NCBI GenBank assembly: GCA_018268895.1
Contig: JAFDVP010000009.1
Location: forward strand, 169,757 to 233,756
From: Acidobacteriota bacterium
GTDB taxonomy: Bacteria > Acidobacteriota > Terriglobia > Terriglobales > Acidobacteriaceae
Direction of reading: 5' to 3'
Length of the DNA stretch: 64,000 nt
The notes under the pieces were generated by a model. The model did not search any database and had not been told where the DNA came from. It saw nothing but the letters and a program-made list of their open reading frames with translations. A program made the translations under genes and the position numbers. Position 1 is the stretch's first letter, and the number at the start of each line of letters is the position of its first letter. Below, in pieces: positions 34,165-43,874 of the stretch.

Positions 34165-35432
34165 GTTCGCAGACGGAAGTAACGGCCGCACGTCCGTCGG
34201 CGGTGCGATTGTGGGCGCCTGCAATCTCAATGACGCTGCTGGGCCTGCTGAGCTACGTCGATCGTAGCGTGCTTGCGATCCTGAGCCCGACGATCCTTGC
34301 CGATCTTCATCTTTCTGCGACGCAGTACGGCTACGCCATTCTGGTCTTCAGCCTCTGCTATATGGTCTCCAATCCCATCTGGGGGCTTTGGATGGACCGT
34401 GCGGGCCTCTGGGTCACAACGCTGATTGCCGTGCTGGTGTGGTCGCTTGCTTCAGGTAGCCATGGGCTGATGATGGGCTTCGCTGGAATGTGTCTTGCGC
34501 GCGGCGTGCTTGGCTTTGGCGAGGGCGCGACCTTTCCGGCGGGCCTGAAGACGGTTACCGAGACACTGCCCGCGGAGAAGCGTTCCTTTGGGTTGGGCAT
34601 TGCTTATAGCGGCAGTTCGCTTGGCGCGGCGATCACGCCGCTGATCATCACGCCGATAGCCATGCGCTGGGGCTGGCGCGCGGCATTTGCGGTCACCTCG
34701 TTGTTTGGGCTTGCGTGGATATGCCTGTGGTTCGCATTGAAGAGGAGTGGATTGTACGCAACACCGGCGGCGAGTCCCAGGGGCGGAGCAATCCTGGAAG
34801 ATCGGCCGCCTTCATCGCGTTGGAGCCGCGATCTCTTCGCAGCGGCAGCCGCGTACGGCCTGGGAGCCGCGCCGCTGGCGTTTGGCTTGTATGCGGCGCC
34901 GCTGTATCTCACACATGTTCTTCATCTCAGCCAGGCATCGCTAGGGCATCTGCTATGGCTGCCACCGGCTGGGTGGGAGGCCGGCTATCTGATCTTTGGC
35001 CGTCTGGCAGACCGCAGGCGCGGGTCTGCCACATTGCAGGGTATGCCTCTCAAGCGTCCGGGTATCGTCTTTCTGATGCTGTCTGCGGCCAGCCTACCCA
35101 TTGTGTCTGCTCCTGCTCTCGCGAGAACAGCCTACCCCGTTGCAGGCATCGTGGCCCTCTTCTTCTTCGAGATGTTCATCGCTGGCGGCTTTGTGGTCTT
35201 CGCCCTTTCTGACGGCATGGCAGTCCTTCCGAAACGGAACTCCGCGTTTCTAGCGGGCATCTGTATCTCGGCCTGGGCACTGGTTACCGGTGTCCTGATG
35301 CCGGCAATCGGTTACCTCTTTGATCATCTTCGCTATGCAATGGCGTTTTGGATGGTGGGTTGCATGCCGCTGGTAGGGATGTCCCTTTGGCGGCTTCTCC
35401 GAACGAACGCGCCGGACGCTTCAAATGTTTGA
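34161..35432 (+). CDS. MFS transporter (ExuT/ACS-like)
   Basis: GTGA overlap with the upstream stop; SYVDRSVL, GLWMDRAG, RGVLGFGEG; about 12 TM segments. Confidence 0.85.
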   Translation: MSSQTEVTAARPSAVRLWAPAISMTLLGLLSYVDRSVLAILSPTILADLHLSATQYGYAILVFSLCYMVSNPIWGLWMDRAGLWVTTLIAVLVWSLASGSHGLMMGFAGMCLARGVLGFGEGATFPAGLKTVTETLPAEKRSFGLGIAYSGSSLGAAITPLIITPIAMRWGWRAAFAVTSLFGLAWICLWFALKRSGLYATPAASPRGGAILEDRPPSSRWSRDLFAAAAAYGLGAAPLAFGLYAAPLYLTHVLHLSQASLGHLLWLPPAGWEAGYLIFGRLADRRRGSATLQGMPLKRPGIVFLMLSAASLPIVSAPALARTAYPVAGIVALFFFEMFIAGGFVVFALSDGMAVLPKRNSAFLAGICISAWALVTGVLMPAIGYLFDHLRYAMAFWMVGCMPLVGMSLWRLLRTNAPDASNV

Positions 35433-35540
35433 TTCCCATTGAGTTCCATGTGCCGGAAGAAGCTGTCTTATAAGAGAACTGCATGCAATCAGGCGGCGAA
35501 ACACCCCACAAAAGTGTTAACTACCTGCACGGATGGTGCG

Positions 35541-35569
35541 TTGACTTTGATTTCCGGTGCCCGTAACTT
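35541..35569 (+). promoter_or_regulatory. Putative sigma70 promoter
   Basis: TTGACT-N17-TAACTT, 17 bp upstream of the small-protein ATG; GAGGA RBS. Confidence 0.5.
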
Positions 35570-35586
35570 TCCCAAAAGAGGACACC

Positions 35587-35811
35587 ATGAAGAAACTATT
35601 CCTGCTTCTCGGCTTCACTATCTTCCTTTCGGCAGCCCTCCCGCTCCATGCCCAGGGTGGAGAGATCACTAGTGGGACCTGCGACAACTCCCCGGAAAAC
35701 CCAACGATTGTTCTTGCTGTTGTCGGTTCGGCTGGCGCCTTCCTCGCTTCGGCGCGTGCACGCATGAAGGCTCGCCGCAACATGAGCACCACTAACGAAA
35801 CGAACGGGTAG
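35587..35811 (+). CDS. Exosortase J-associated TM-motif-TM (PExPT-CTERM) small protein
   Basis: Signal peptide, short QGGEITSGTCDNS segment, PENPT, TM helix, basic tail; immediately upstream of an exosortase. Confidence 0.85.
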   Translation: MKKLFLLLGFTIFLSAALPLHAQGGEITSGTCDNSPENPTIVLAVVGSAGAFLASARARMKARRNMSTTNETNG

Positions 35812-35853
35812 TTTTTCTCCTCCCCGTCTTGCCATCTGTTCAAAGAGATTCGC

Positions 35854-37506
35854 ATGTCAACCATTCCGGCGACCGACCTTCGCCCACATCTATCTCCATG
35901 GGCCCGGCGGCTTTCGCCGCCTCAGACCGCGTGGCTCGCAGCGGGCCTCGCGGTCCTCGGTCTATGCAGTCTGCGATCGACAATAGGTTTGCTGTGGTAC
36001 ATCTGGACCACGGACGCGCTCAAGTCGATCGGTATGCTCATCCCCGTGGTCAGCTTTGTGCTGATCATGAGGGCGTGGCGGACGCTTGAGTGGGAGATGG
36101 AAGGAAGCTGGTGGGGGCTGGCAATCCTGGTTGCGGCGGTTGGCGCGGTTCAATTCCGCGAGCGGGCGATTCTGATCCTTGTGCTCAGTCCGCAATGGAA
36201 CATTTACCTTCCTCCGCACTCGCTTGTTGCCTTCGGCTACACCGCAGGTGTTGTGCTCTTGTTTGGAGGGACCCGTCTTTTTCGAGCGGCGCTCTTCCCC
36301 ATCGCGTTGATGTGGTTCGTCAACCCGATCCCTCATATCTTTAACGTCCTTGTCGATCTGCCGTTGCAGCGCGTCTCCGCGCATGTAGCGCGCGCCTTTG
36401 CCATGGCATTAGGTCAACCGCTTTCGCCCGATCAGATGCGCCTGATGTTCACGCCGAGCTACGGAATGTTTATCGCTCCGGGCTGCAACGGGATTCGCGG
36501 CGCCGTTACGATGGGCTTCGTTGCGCTGGTTGCCGGCTACGTCTGCCGTTTTCGCTGGAAGTCCCATGCGGCCGTGGTTGCCGGCGCTGTGCTGCTTGGG
36601 TATGTCTTCAACTTCGCGCGGCTCTGCCTGCTTGTCATCTACTACATCATTGGGCTTCATCTCCCACGACTACAAAACAAGGCGAAGCTGGCGGACTACA
36701 TCATTGGGGCGTGCCTGTTTCTGCTTGCCACGCAGATTCTGTTTTTCGTCATCCAGAAACTGGGCAGCAAAGCCAAGCAGCCTGACCCGCAACCCGGCGC
36801 AGCGGTTGCGGCCACTGCAAACTCCGCGTTCTTCCTGCGCTTTCGCCTGGCGGTGATGGCGGTTATCGCGTTCTTCGGCTGCTACGGCACCGCGCGCGCG
36901 GTGATCCACGATATCGCCACAGACCCTTCGCAGACACGTACGAGCGCGACTTCGCAAGGCGTCTTCCCGGAACACATCGGCACCTACACCCTGGTGCGGA
37001 CGTGGAATGAGAACCTGGTGACCGGTCCGCTACTGTTTCATTGGGCAGAGTATGCGGCCGCAGGTGAAGGAACGCACATATCTGTTGGCGTCTCGCCAGA
37101 GATTGGTTCGCACGATACGCTGATCTGCCACTCTGCACGCGGCGAAGACCCTTTGTGGAAAGACCAGCTCAACATCTCAATGGCAAATAAACAGGCCGTG
37201 AGCTTCAGTGCATCTCTCTATAACAACGGGGCCATTCAGTATCTTGAGGCAACGACAATATGCAGTGGATCTCATTGTGGCGAGTATTCGAGCGACCGTC
37301 GCAGCTTTGGGCTGGTCTACAGCAAGCCTGATACGCATGCCCTTCTGTCGCAAGATCCGCAACGCTCTATCCCCATTCTTCTGAAGGCAGAAACCCTCGA
37401 CACAAGATCGCTTCCAGAGGACGCTCAAAAGCAGTTGAGTGCTGACATAAAGAACTTTTTGGGTCAGACTGACCTGGATGTGCTTGTCGGTCCTTACAGA
37501 CGCTAG
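35854..37506 (+). CDS. xrtJ: Exosortase J
   Basis: Multi-TM N-half with LPLQ, IAPGCNGIR (catalytic Cys) and NFARL (Arg), plus a large C-terminal soluble domain; adjacent PExPT target. Confidence 0.85.
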   Translation: MSTIPATDLRPHLSPWARRLSPPQTAWLAAGLAVLGLCSLRSTIGLLWYIWTTDALKSIGMLIPVVSFVLIMRAWRTLEWEMEGSWWGLAILVAAVGAVQFRERAILILVLSPQWNIYLPPHSLVAFGYTAGVVLLFGGTRLFRAALFPIALMWFVNPIPHIFNVLVDLPLQRVSAHVARAFAMALGQPLSPDQMRLMFTPSYGMFIAPGCNGIRGAVTMGFVALVAGYVCRFRWKSHAAVVAGAVLLGYVFNFARLCLLVIYYIIGLHLPRLQNKAKLADYIIGACLFLLATQILFFVIQKLGSKAKQPDPQPGAAVAATANSAFFLRFRLAVMAVIAFFGCYGTARAVIHDIATDPSQTRTSATSQGVFPEHIGTYTLVRTWNENLVTGPLLFHWAEYAAAGEGTHISVGVSPEIGSHDTLICHSARGEDPLWKDQLNISMANKQAVSFSASLYNNGAIQYLEATTICSGSHCGEYSSDRRSFGLVYSKPDTHALLSQDPQRSIPILLKAETLDTRSLPEDAQKQLSADIKNFLGQTDLDVLVGPYRR

Positions 37507-37538
37507 TTGCAACCTGTATCATTGATATACCTCTCCAG

Positions 37539-39440
37539 ATGAAGTCCACACAGCGCACACTGGCTCTTTTTGTCCCCTTCACCTTAAGCAGCATCCTGTT
37601 TCTTACCGGGTGTGGCGCAGGGGTGATCTCCGATCCTCCCGTAACGCCGCCGCCTGTAACCACGGTCTCGGTGCTTGTTTCGGGGAAGGTGCTGGCCGGG
37701 ACACAGCCTGTTGCCGGAGCGAGCGTGCAGATTTACTCCGCAGGAGCTTCTGGAAACGGGGCGGGGGCCAGCGCTCTGCTTGCAACACCTGTCACAACAG
37801 ATGCAACTGGCGCTTTTGCGATTACTTCAGGTCTCACCTGTTCTTCTGCTACGCCGATGGTCTATCTGGTTGCTCGCGGAGGAAAGGTGGGTGTGGGCGC
37901 CACGAACGATGCCATCGCTCTTGCCGCAGCCGTGGGCGATTGTACGAAGCTCTCGACGACGACAACAACGGCCTTCACGGTGAATGAAGTCACGACCGTC
38001 GCGTTTACCTGGGCCTTGTCGCAGTTTCTTTCGACAGGCGGCAATGTTGGCGCAAGTTCTACGAACGCTCTCGGTCTTGCGAACGCGTTTGCGACTGCCG
38101 CGAATCTGGTCGATGCGTCGCAAGGAAAGGCTCCTGGCGCCACGTTCCCATCCACTAGTAAATCGCCTGCTCCGAAGATCAATTCGCTGGCCAATATGTT
38201 CAACGGCTGTGTTGCGGCAACTGGGGCCAGCGCCTGCAACTCTTTGTTCGGTGCCATGACGGGAAGCTCGCCGGCTCCATCGAACACGCTGGACGCAGCG
38301 TTCTGGATGGCTCGCAATCCCGGCGTCAATGTTGCGGGGCTCTATTCTCTGTCGGTTTCCAGTACGGCATTCACTCCTGTGCTTTCTTTCGCACCTTATG
38401 ACTGGACCATTGCAATCAATTTCACAGGCGGAGGGATGAATGCTCCGACAGGTATCGGTGTCGACAGCCAGGGCAACATATGGGTTGCGAGCTATTGGGG
38501 AGGAGCTTCAAAGTTTACTCCAACAGGATCGCCAGTCTTTGCTTCGGGAATTACCGGTAACGGACTGCAATCGTCGTTTGGCCTGGCCATAGATAGTCAG
38601 AACAATGTCTGGATCCCAAATGGCGATAGCGCTGCTGGGATCAATGGCAAGCTTGGTTCTGTAACCGTATTGAACTCGAATGGGCAGGCGATCTCGGGCC
38701 CAAATGGTTATATCTCCGGCGGCTTGAACTTTCCCGTTGCCGTTGCGCTGGATACAAATGGTACGGCGTCGGTTCTCAACTTCCGCAACTCTCGGGTCAC
38801 GCAGCTGTCCAGTGCAGGCACTCCACTTTCAGGCGCAACGGGCTATGGTGCACAGTCAATGGCATTCATTGTTTCGATCGCAATCGATTCCAACCACAAT
38901 GCCTGGATCGGCAACCAGAATGACGAAACGGTGACTCGTCTCTCTGCCGATGGGACTCAATCGCTGGGTGTCTCCTGTTGTAGTGGCCCACAAGGACTCG
39001 CAATCGATCAGCGTGGCTATATTTGGGCTTCAAACTTTTACGCCGATAGCGTTAGCCAGATCTCCAGCGCCGGGACAGTTGTTTCTCCCGGTTATACCGG
39101 CGGAGGCCTCACGAAGCCGCAGGGCATTGCTGTCGATGGCTCGGGTTCGGTCTGGGTTGCAAGCCGTACGAACGTCGCTGGAATCGCATACCCTGCCCTG
39201 ACGCAGTTTGCAGGCTCCGCAACAACATCTCCCGGCAAGGTCCTCTCGCCGGCTTCCGGCTGGCTGCTCGATGGCGGCATGTTACAGCCCTACTCGATTG
39301 CGATCGATGCCAGCGGCAATGTGTGGGTGACGAACTTCACCAACGATGCGAAGTATGCCAACAGCAACTCGATCGTCGAGCTGGTGGGAATGGCTGCTCC
39401 GGTAAAGACGCCCGTGATCGGGCCTCCGCAGGCTCCCTAG
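37539..39440 (+). CDS. NHL-repeat beta-propeller lipoprotein
   Basis: Lipobox LTGC at residue 25; seven (G/S/A)-x-A/G-(I/V/L)-D-x-x-G/N-x-x-W/S repeats; ends PVKTPVIGPPQAP. Confidence 0.85.
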   Translation: MKSTQRTLALFVPFTLSSILFLTGCGAGVISDPPVTPPPVTTVSVLVSGKVLAGTQPVAGASVQIYSAGASGNGAGASALLATPVTTDATGAFAITSGLTCSSATPMVYLVARGGKVGVGATNDAIALAAAVGDCTKLSTTTTTAFTVNEVTTVAFTWALSQFLSTGGNVGASSTNALGLANAFATAANLVDASQGKAPGATFPSTSKSPAPKINSLANMFNGCVAATGASACNSLFGAMTGSSPAPSNTLDAAFWMARNPGVNVAGLYSLSVSSTAFTPVLSFAPYDWTIAINFTGGGMNAPTGIGVDSQGNIWVASYWGGASKFTPTGSPVFASGITGNGLQSSFGLAIDSQNNVWIPNGDSAAGINGKLGSVTVLNSNGQAISGPNGYISGGLNFPVAVALDTNGTASVLNFRNSRVTQLSSAGTPLSGATGYGAQSMAFIVSIAIDSNHNAWIGNQNDETVTRLSADGTQSLGVSCCSGPQGLAIDQRGYIWASNFYADSVSQISSAGTVVSPGYTGGGLTKPQGIAVDGSGSVWVASRTNVAGIAYPALTQFAGSATTSPGKVLSPASGWLLDGGMLQPYSIAIDASGNVWVTNFTNDAKYANSNSIVELVGMAAPVKTPVIGPPQAP

Positions 39441-39441
39441 C

Positions 39442-39747
39442 CTACATCATTCGAAACCGCTCGCGCATCAGCCGCTGAAAGCGCGGACGCCAGATCAGGT
39501 CGTAAGCCAGTTCTTTGCCCGGGAACATCGCCAGCGCCGCCCGGCGCGAATCGGCGATCATCTGAGAAGCTTCATCGATGCTGAGCGTGGAGTCCTGTGC
39601 GATGACCTGCATCACCATGTTCATCATCATCTGTAGACGCCGAATCAGTTTTCGTTCTTCTGCCTGCTCTTCTGCTGTCGGCGTTACAACCGCGTTGCCG
39701 GCCTGATCGACATTCTGCTGTTGCTCCATGGATAATTCAGCCTCCAC
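39442..39747 (-). CDS. Conserved hypothetical small helical protein
   Basis: RRLQMMMNMVMQVIAQD..LSIDEA....MFPGKELAYDLIWRPRFQRL; lies downstream of comEC on the same strand. Confidence 0.7.
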   Translation of the reverse strand: MEAELSMEQQQNVDQAGNAVVTPTAEEQAEERKLIRRLQMMMNMVMQVIAQDSTLSIDEASQMIADSRRAALAMFPGKELAYDLIWRPRFQRLMRERFRMM

Positions 39748-39838
39748 GGTTCCACATTACTCCTATCGCTGTGATTCGGTACTGAGGCGCTGACACAAGG
39801 AGAATCTGCTTGTGCACTCTCTCGCACATGGCTCAAAT

Positions 39839-42481
39839 TTATTGAGCGCCAAGCACCTCGTGAATCGTGCCATCGCGATCAAGCAAAAAAGTCGTCAACC
39901 CAAACTCATCTGTGCGGAAGAGTCTTGTCCCGTCTGAAGCGACACGCTGGATGATCTCTTCGCGAGGATGGCCGAAGGTATTGCTCTTGCCGACAGAGAC
40001 GATGGCGTCCTTCGGAGCGAGCGCTGCAAAAAAATCAGGCGTTGTCGACGATCTGCTGCCGTGATGCCCGATCTTGAGCAAAGTTACAGGTGCGAGTCCG
40101 TGCATCACCATCGTTTGTTCGCTCTGAGCCTCGGCATCGCCTTCCAGAAGCACCGAGGCATCTCCGTACTCCATGCGGAGAACGAGCGAGTCGTTATTCG
40201 AGGGCTGCCCCCAATTCGCATAGTTCGAATCAGGCGCGAGCACCCGAATGTGTGTGCCTGCCCATTCGGAGTTGTTGCCTGTCCTTAGATGCCGCACCTT
40301 CACACCAAGCTCGCCTGCTTCGGCGATGAGCGCGCGGTACGCATCGGAATCGGGATCTATGGCAACCCATAGCTCGCGGGGAAGAAAATTCCTCATCACG
40401 GCAGCCATCCCACCCATGTGGTCGCTGTGCGCGTGGCTCAGTACCATTACATCAAGCCTTCTGATCCTGCGGGACCAGAGGTATGGCGAAACAACTTCCT
40501 CGCCGATGTCAAAGGTTCCTGTGGCAGCAGTTGCCTCATTCAGGCCGCCAACCGGGCCGCCCGCATCGACCAGCATGGCACTGCCTTCAGGGCTTACGAT
40601 CAGTAACGAGTCACCTTGGCTGACATCGATTGCAGTGACTTCGAGCTTGCCGTGGAGCACCGCTGCGGGCTGAGGCCACAGCACAGCCAATGTTCCCAGC
40701 GGCAATGCGATTAGCGCAACCAAGGCCCACCGGTTGGAGCGACGGACGGCCCAGATACAGAAAGCCCATACCGCAATCGCCAGCAGCGCAATCAAGAGCG
40801 TTGGCCCGGGAACTCTAAGATCCGCTGCCTGCACACGGCTGACACGCGCGATGGCCTGGCCGATCCCGTGCAGCAACAATGCAGTTGCTGCCGCGGGCAT
40901 GACCGCCAGCCAAGGCGAAACCAGCGATGCTGCAAATGCAATAACAGCTAGCGGAGCCAACAAGCCGATGATCGGCACTGTCAGCATATTTGCGGGGAGA
41001 GCGAAGATCGTCGCTCGATGAAAATAGAGCGCCATGGGGAGCGCCATCACCAACTCTGCGACGAGGCCAATCAATGCCAGCTCTGCCATCCACAGAACGA
41101 TGCGCAGGACAAGCGCGGGAAGGGCATAGGTCCATCGACCGAAGACGCCAGACATCTCTTCGCCCCACAGACGCAGCATCACACGAAGCTGCGCAATTCC
41201 TGGCGCCAGCACTGGGTCCTGCCATAGCTCATTGAGGCGTCTTGTGGCTCGCGCAAACGGCATAAAGCTGCGCTCACCCAGAGGCACTGCAATTCCTGCG
41301 ATCGCAAAGATGGCAAGAAACGTCATCTGAAAACTGGCTTCGAACAGACTTGCCGGAGACCAGACCAACTCGGCAAGCGCTGCTGCGCCCAACGCATTCA
41401 GCACGCTACGTTCGCGAGAGAGAAGCCGGGCAATCAGAAAAACCGTCGTCATAAACAGGGCCCGTTGTACCGGCGCCCCAAAGCCCGTCAGCAAAGCATA
41501 GGAGGTCATCAGCGGAATAGTCACGGCCGTCGCGAGCCACTCCCGAATACGCAACCTGCGAAGCAGCCAGAGAATGATGCCGGCGAGAAGCGCTACGTGC
41601 ATTCCCGAGACGACGAAGAGGTGAAACGAGCCTGTTCTCTCGAAGCCAAGTCGTAGCGAGTGATTCAAGCGCGTTCGATCGCCGAAGAGCATGGCGTTCA
41701 ACATTCCCGCATCGTCTTCTGTAAGTGAAAGCAGCGATGGAAGTCCCCGATTGACCTTCGACCGCATATAAGCAAGCATCCGGTTCGATGCCCAGTTTTG
41801 CACGGCGAACACCCTGCATCGCATGTCTGCCTGGCCGCTTGCAAGAATGTGAACCTTTGCAGCGCGTGCAGTGGCATGAGCGCCAATGCCCTGTGCCAGC
41901 AGATAGTCTGCATATTGCCATGCTCCTGGATCGCGATAGCGCTGCGGCTCTTTAATCCGCAAAGGCATCTCGACAACATCGCCGCAATGCAAAGCAGGAA
42001 GAGGATGGTCATGCGCGATAACGGTGGTTCTGACTCCGCCGGTCATCGGGACCATCTTCGAGATGTCAGGCGTGACCTCTTCGATGGCATTCACTGCAAT
42101 GTCTACCGAGACTGCGTCCGACGCATCAGGCTCGCGTTCGATCCACCAAGCAGGATCGTTGTCGCGGTCGGCCACCATGTTTCGCGCAGGCAGTTCACGC
42201 ACGCGGACTATGCGGCCGCGAACAGTGCGGCTCAGGCCGTCGGCATATTGAAGCAGATCGTGTTGCGTGGCAGGTACAGGCCTTAGTTGCCAGCACCATA
42301 CTCCGGCCGCTATCCACAAGGCGGCTAGAGGAAGAGTGGCAATCCGCAACGATCGGCGTAGAGCGATCGTTGTGATCATGGTGAGCGATACAACGGCGAC
42401 AACGATCAAGGGAGCCGCAATCCAGTTGCGCGCCACCGCTATGCCCGCTGCAAACCAGCAGGCTGCCGCAAGCAGCGGCAT
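39839..42481 (-). CDS. comEC: ComEC/Rec2 family competence protein (DNA channel plus MBL domain)
   Basis: DUF4131-like N-domain, HLFVVSGMH, SFQMTF, IDVSQGDS, SHAHSDHMGG, NNDSLV, KIGHHGS. Confidence 0.92.
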   Translation of the reverse strand: MPLLAAACWFAAGIAVARNWIAAPLIVVAVVSLTMITTIALRRSLRIATLPLAALWIAAGVWCWQLRPVPATQHDLLQYADGLSRTVRGRIVRVRELPARNMVADRDNDPAWWIEREPDASDAVSVDIAVNAIEEVTPDISKMVPMTGGVRTTVIAHDHPLPALHCGDVVEMPLRIKEPQRYRDPGAWQYADYLLAQGIGAHATARAAKVHILASGQADMRCRVFAVQNWASNRMLAYMRSKVNRGLPSLLSLTEDDAGMLNAMLFGDRTRLNHSLRLGFERTGSFHLFVVSGMHVALLAGIILWLLRRLRIREWLATAVTIPLMTSYALLTGFGAPVQRALFMTTVFLIARLLSRERSVLNALGAAALAELVWSPASLFEASFQMTFLAIFAIAGIAVPLGERSFMPFARATRRLNELWQDPVLAPGIAQLRVMLRLWGEEMSGVFGRWTYALPALVLRIVLWMAELALIGLVAELVMALPMALYFHRATIFALPANMLTVPIIGLLAPLAVIAFAASLVSPWLAVMPAAATALLLHGIGQAIARVSRVQAADLRVPGPTLLIALLAIAVWAFCIWAVRRSNRWALVALIALPLGTLAVLWPQPAAVLHGKLEVTAIDVSQGDSLLIVSPEGSAMLVDAGGPVGGLNEATAATGTFDIGEEVVSPYLWSRRIRRLDVMVLSHAHSDHMGGMAAVMRNFLPRELWVAIDPDSDAYRALIAEAGELGVKVRHLRTGNNSEWAGTHIRVLAPDSNYANWGQPSNNDSLVLRMEYGDASVLLEGDAEAQSEQTMVMHGLAPVTLLKIGHHGSRSSTTPDFFAALAPKDAIVSVGKSNTFGHPREEIIQRVASDGTRLFRTDEFGLTTFLLDRDGTIHEVLGAQ

Positions 42482-42562
42482 CCTGCGAAACCGCAGTGGT
42501 TCTATCGTCGTGGCCCAATACCGCTCCGCGTGGCCCGTCAGAACTTCGCTCCCTGTAACGAA

Positions 42563-43864
42563 TTACCCTGCTTGTTTCTCAGGTCTTAGTACGGCGACGG
42601 TTTCCTGGTGAAACGTCTGGGGGAACATGTCCACCATGTGCAGTTCGTGCAGCTTGTAGCCGGAGTCTACCATCTGTTTCAGGTCGCGACCCAGTGTTGC
42701 AGGGTCGCAGGAGACGTAGACGATCTCATGGGGCTTCACTCGCATGAGCAGGCTACAAGCTTCTTGCCCGATACCGGCGCGCGGTGGATCGACGACAACC
42801 AACTCAGGCCGATCTCGTTCGAGAGCGGCTTGCCTCAAGAATTCGACGGTCGTTGCTTGCACCGCCCTTCGGCCCGGGCCGCGAAAGCTGCGGACAAGGT
42901 CGGATGCCGCTGCTTCCACGGCTACGACCCCTGTAAAACTTTCTGCCAGTCGCTGCGAGAACAACCCCACGCCTGCGTATAAGTCCCACGCGAGCTTTCC
43001 CGCTCTGTTTGCCGTAACCAGTGCGGCAAACGGCTCCAGCAGCGCGCGATTCACCTGAAAGAAGCTGCCGCGGGTTACCCAATAGCTTTTTCCACCTACG
43101 GGATAGCTCAATCCATCTGCTCCCCAATGAGACAGCGGTTTGATGCGCTGGGTCTTTCGGCTACGGCCGTTGCCCTCGATCAGTGCAACGCCAGCGCCTG
43201 TCAGTTCAGGAAGGGCGGAATGCAGGGCTTCACAGAGGCCACTGAAATCCGCTGCCGGTTCTTTGCGCAGAAGCAAGGTCAACTGCAGCCTGCTTTGATC
43301 GCGATCAGTGAACAGCTCCACCTCTTCTGCCAGCCGCACCCATTGCAGAGCCGCTCCTTTGAGTGTCAGCAGCGCCTCTATGGCGCGCCATAGAATTGGT
43401 GAGGCAATCGGGCACATGTGTACGGGTAGAAATTCAGTGGATGCGCGCCGCAGGTAACCTGCGCGCAACCTGCCGTCGATCTCCGCGACGCGCAGCCTTA
43501 TGCGGTTTCTGTACTCCCACGGTTCGCTCGCCAGCAAGTGAACGTGCGGCAATGATGTGAGGCCAGCGCGTTCAAGCGTCTCCATGAGTATTCCGCGTTT
43601 GATCTCCAGTTGTGCAGGATACTCTGCGTGCTGGTACTGACATCCGCCGCAAGCGCCAAAGTGAGCACACTTTGGCGAAACGCGATCTGTCGATGGTTCC
43701 TGAACAGCATCGAGGGATGCTTCTGCGAATCCACCTTTTTCGCTATCGAGACTGGCTTCGACAACCTCTCCGGGCAAAGTGAATGGTACAAAGACGGCCT
43801 TGCCCTCTGTCGAATGGGCGAATCCGCTGCCGCCATACACGATTTTTTGAATTTGCAGTTGCAT
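42563..43864 (-). CDS. rlmD: 23S rRNA (uracil-C5)-methyltransferase RlmD/TrmA family
   Basis: TRAM domain, CAHFGACGGC Fe-S motif, SFFQVN, DLYAGVG, DPPRAG, YVSCDPATL, DMFPQT.H.E. Confidence 0.9.
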   Translation of the reverse strand: MQLQIQKIVYGGSGFAHSTEGKAVFVPFTLPGEVVEASLDSEKGGFAEASLDAVQEPSTDRVSPKCAHFGACGGCQYQHAEYPAQLEIKRGILMETLERAGLTSLPHVHLLASEPWEYRNRIRLRVAEIDGRLRAGYLRRASTEFLPVHMCPIASPILWRAIEALLTLKGAALQWVRLAEEVELFTDRDQSRLQLTLLLRKEPAADFSGLCEALHSALPELTGAGVALIEGNGRSRKTQRIKPLSHWGADGLSYPVGGKSYWVTRGSFFQVNRALLEPFAALVTANRAGKLAWDLYAGVGLFSQRLAESFTGVVAVEAAASDLVRSFRGPGRRAVQATTVEFLRQAALERDRPELVVVDPPRAGIGQEACSLLMRVKPHEIVYVSCDPATLGRDLKQMVDSGYKLHELHMVDMFPQTFHQETVAVLRPEKQAG

Positions 43865-43874
43865 CGCGTGTGGG

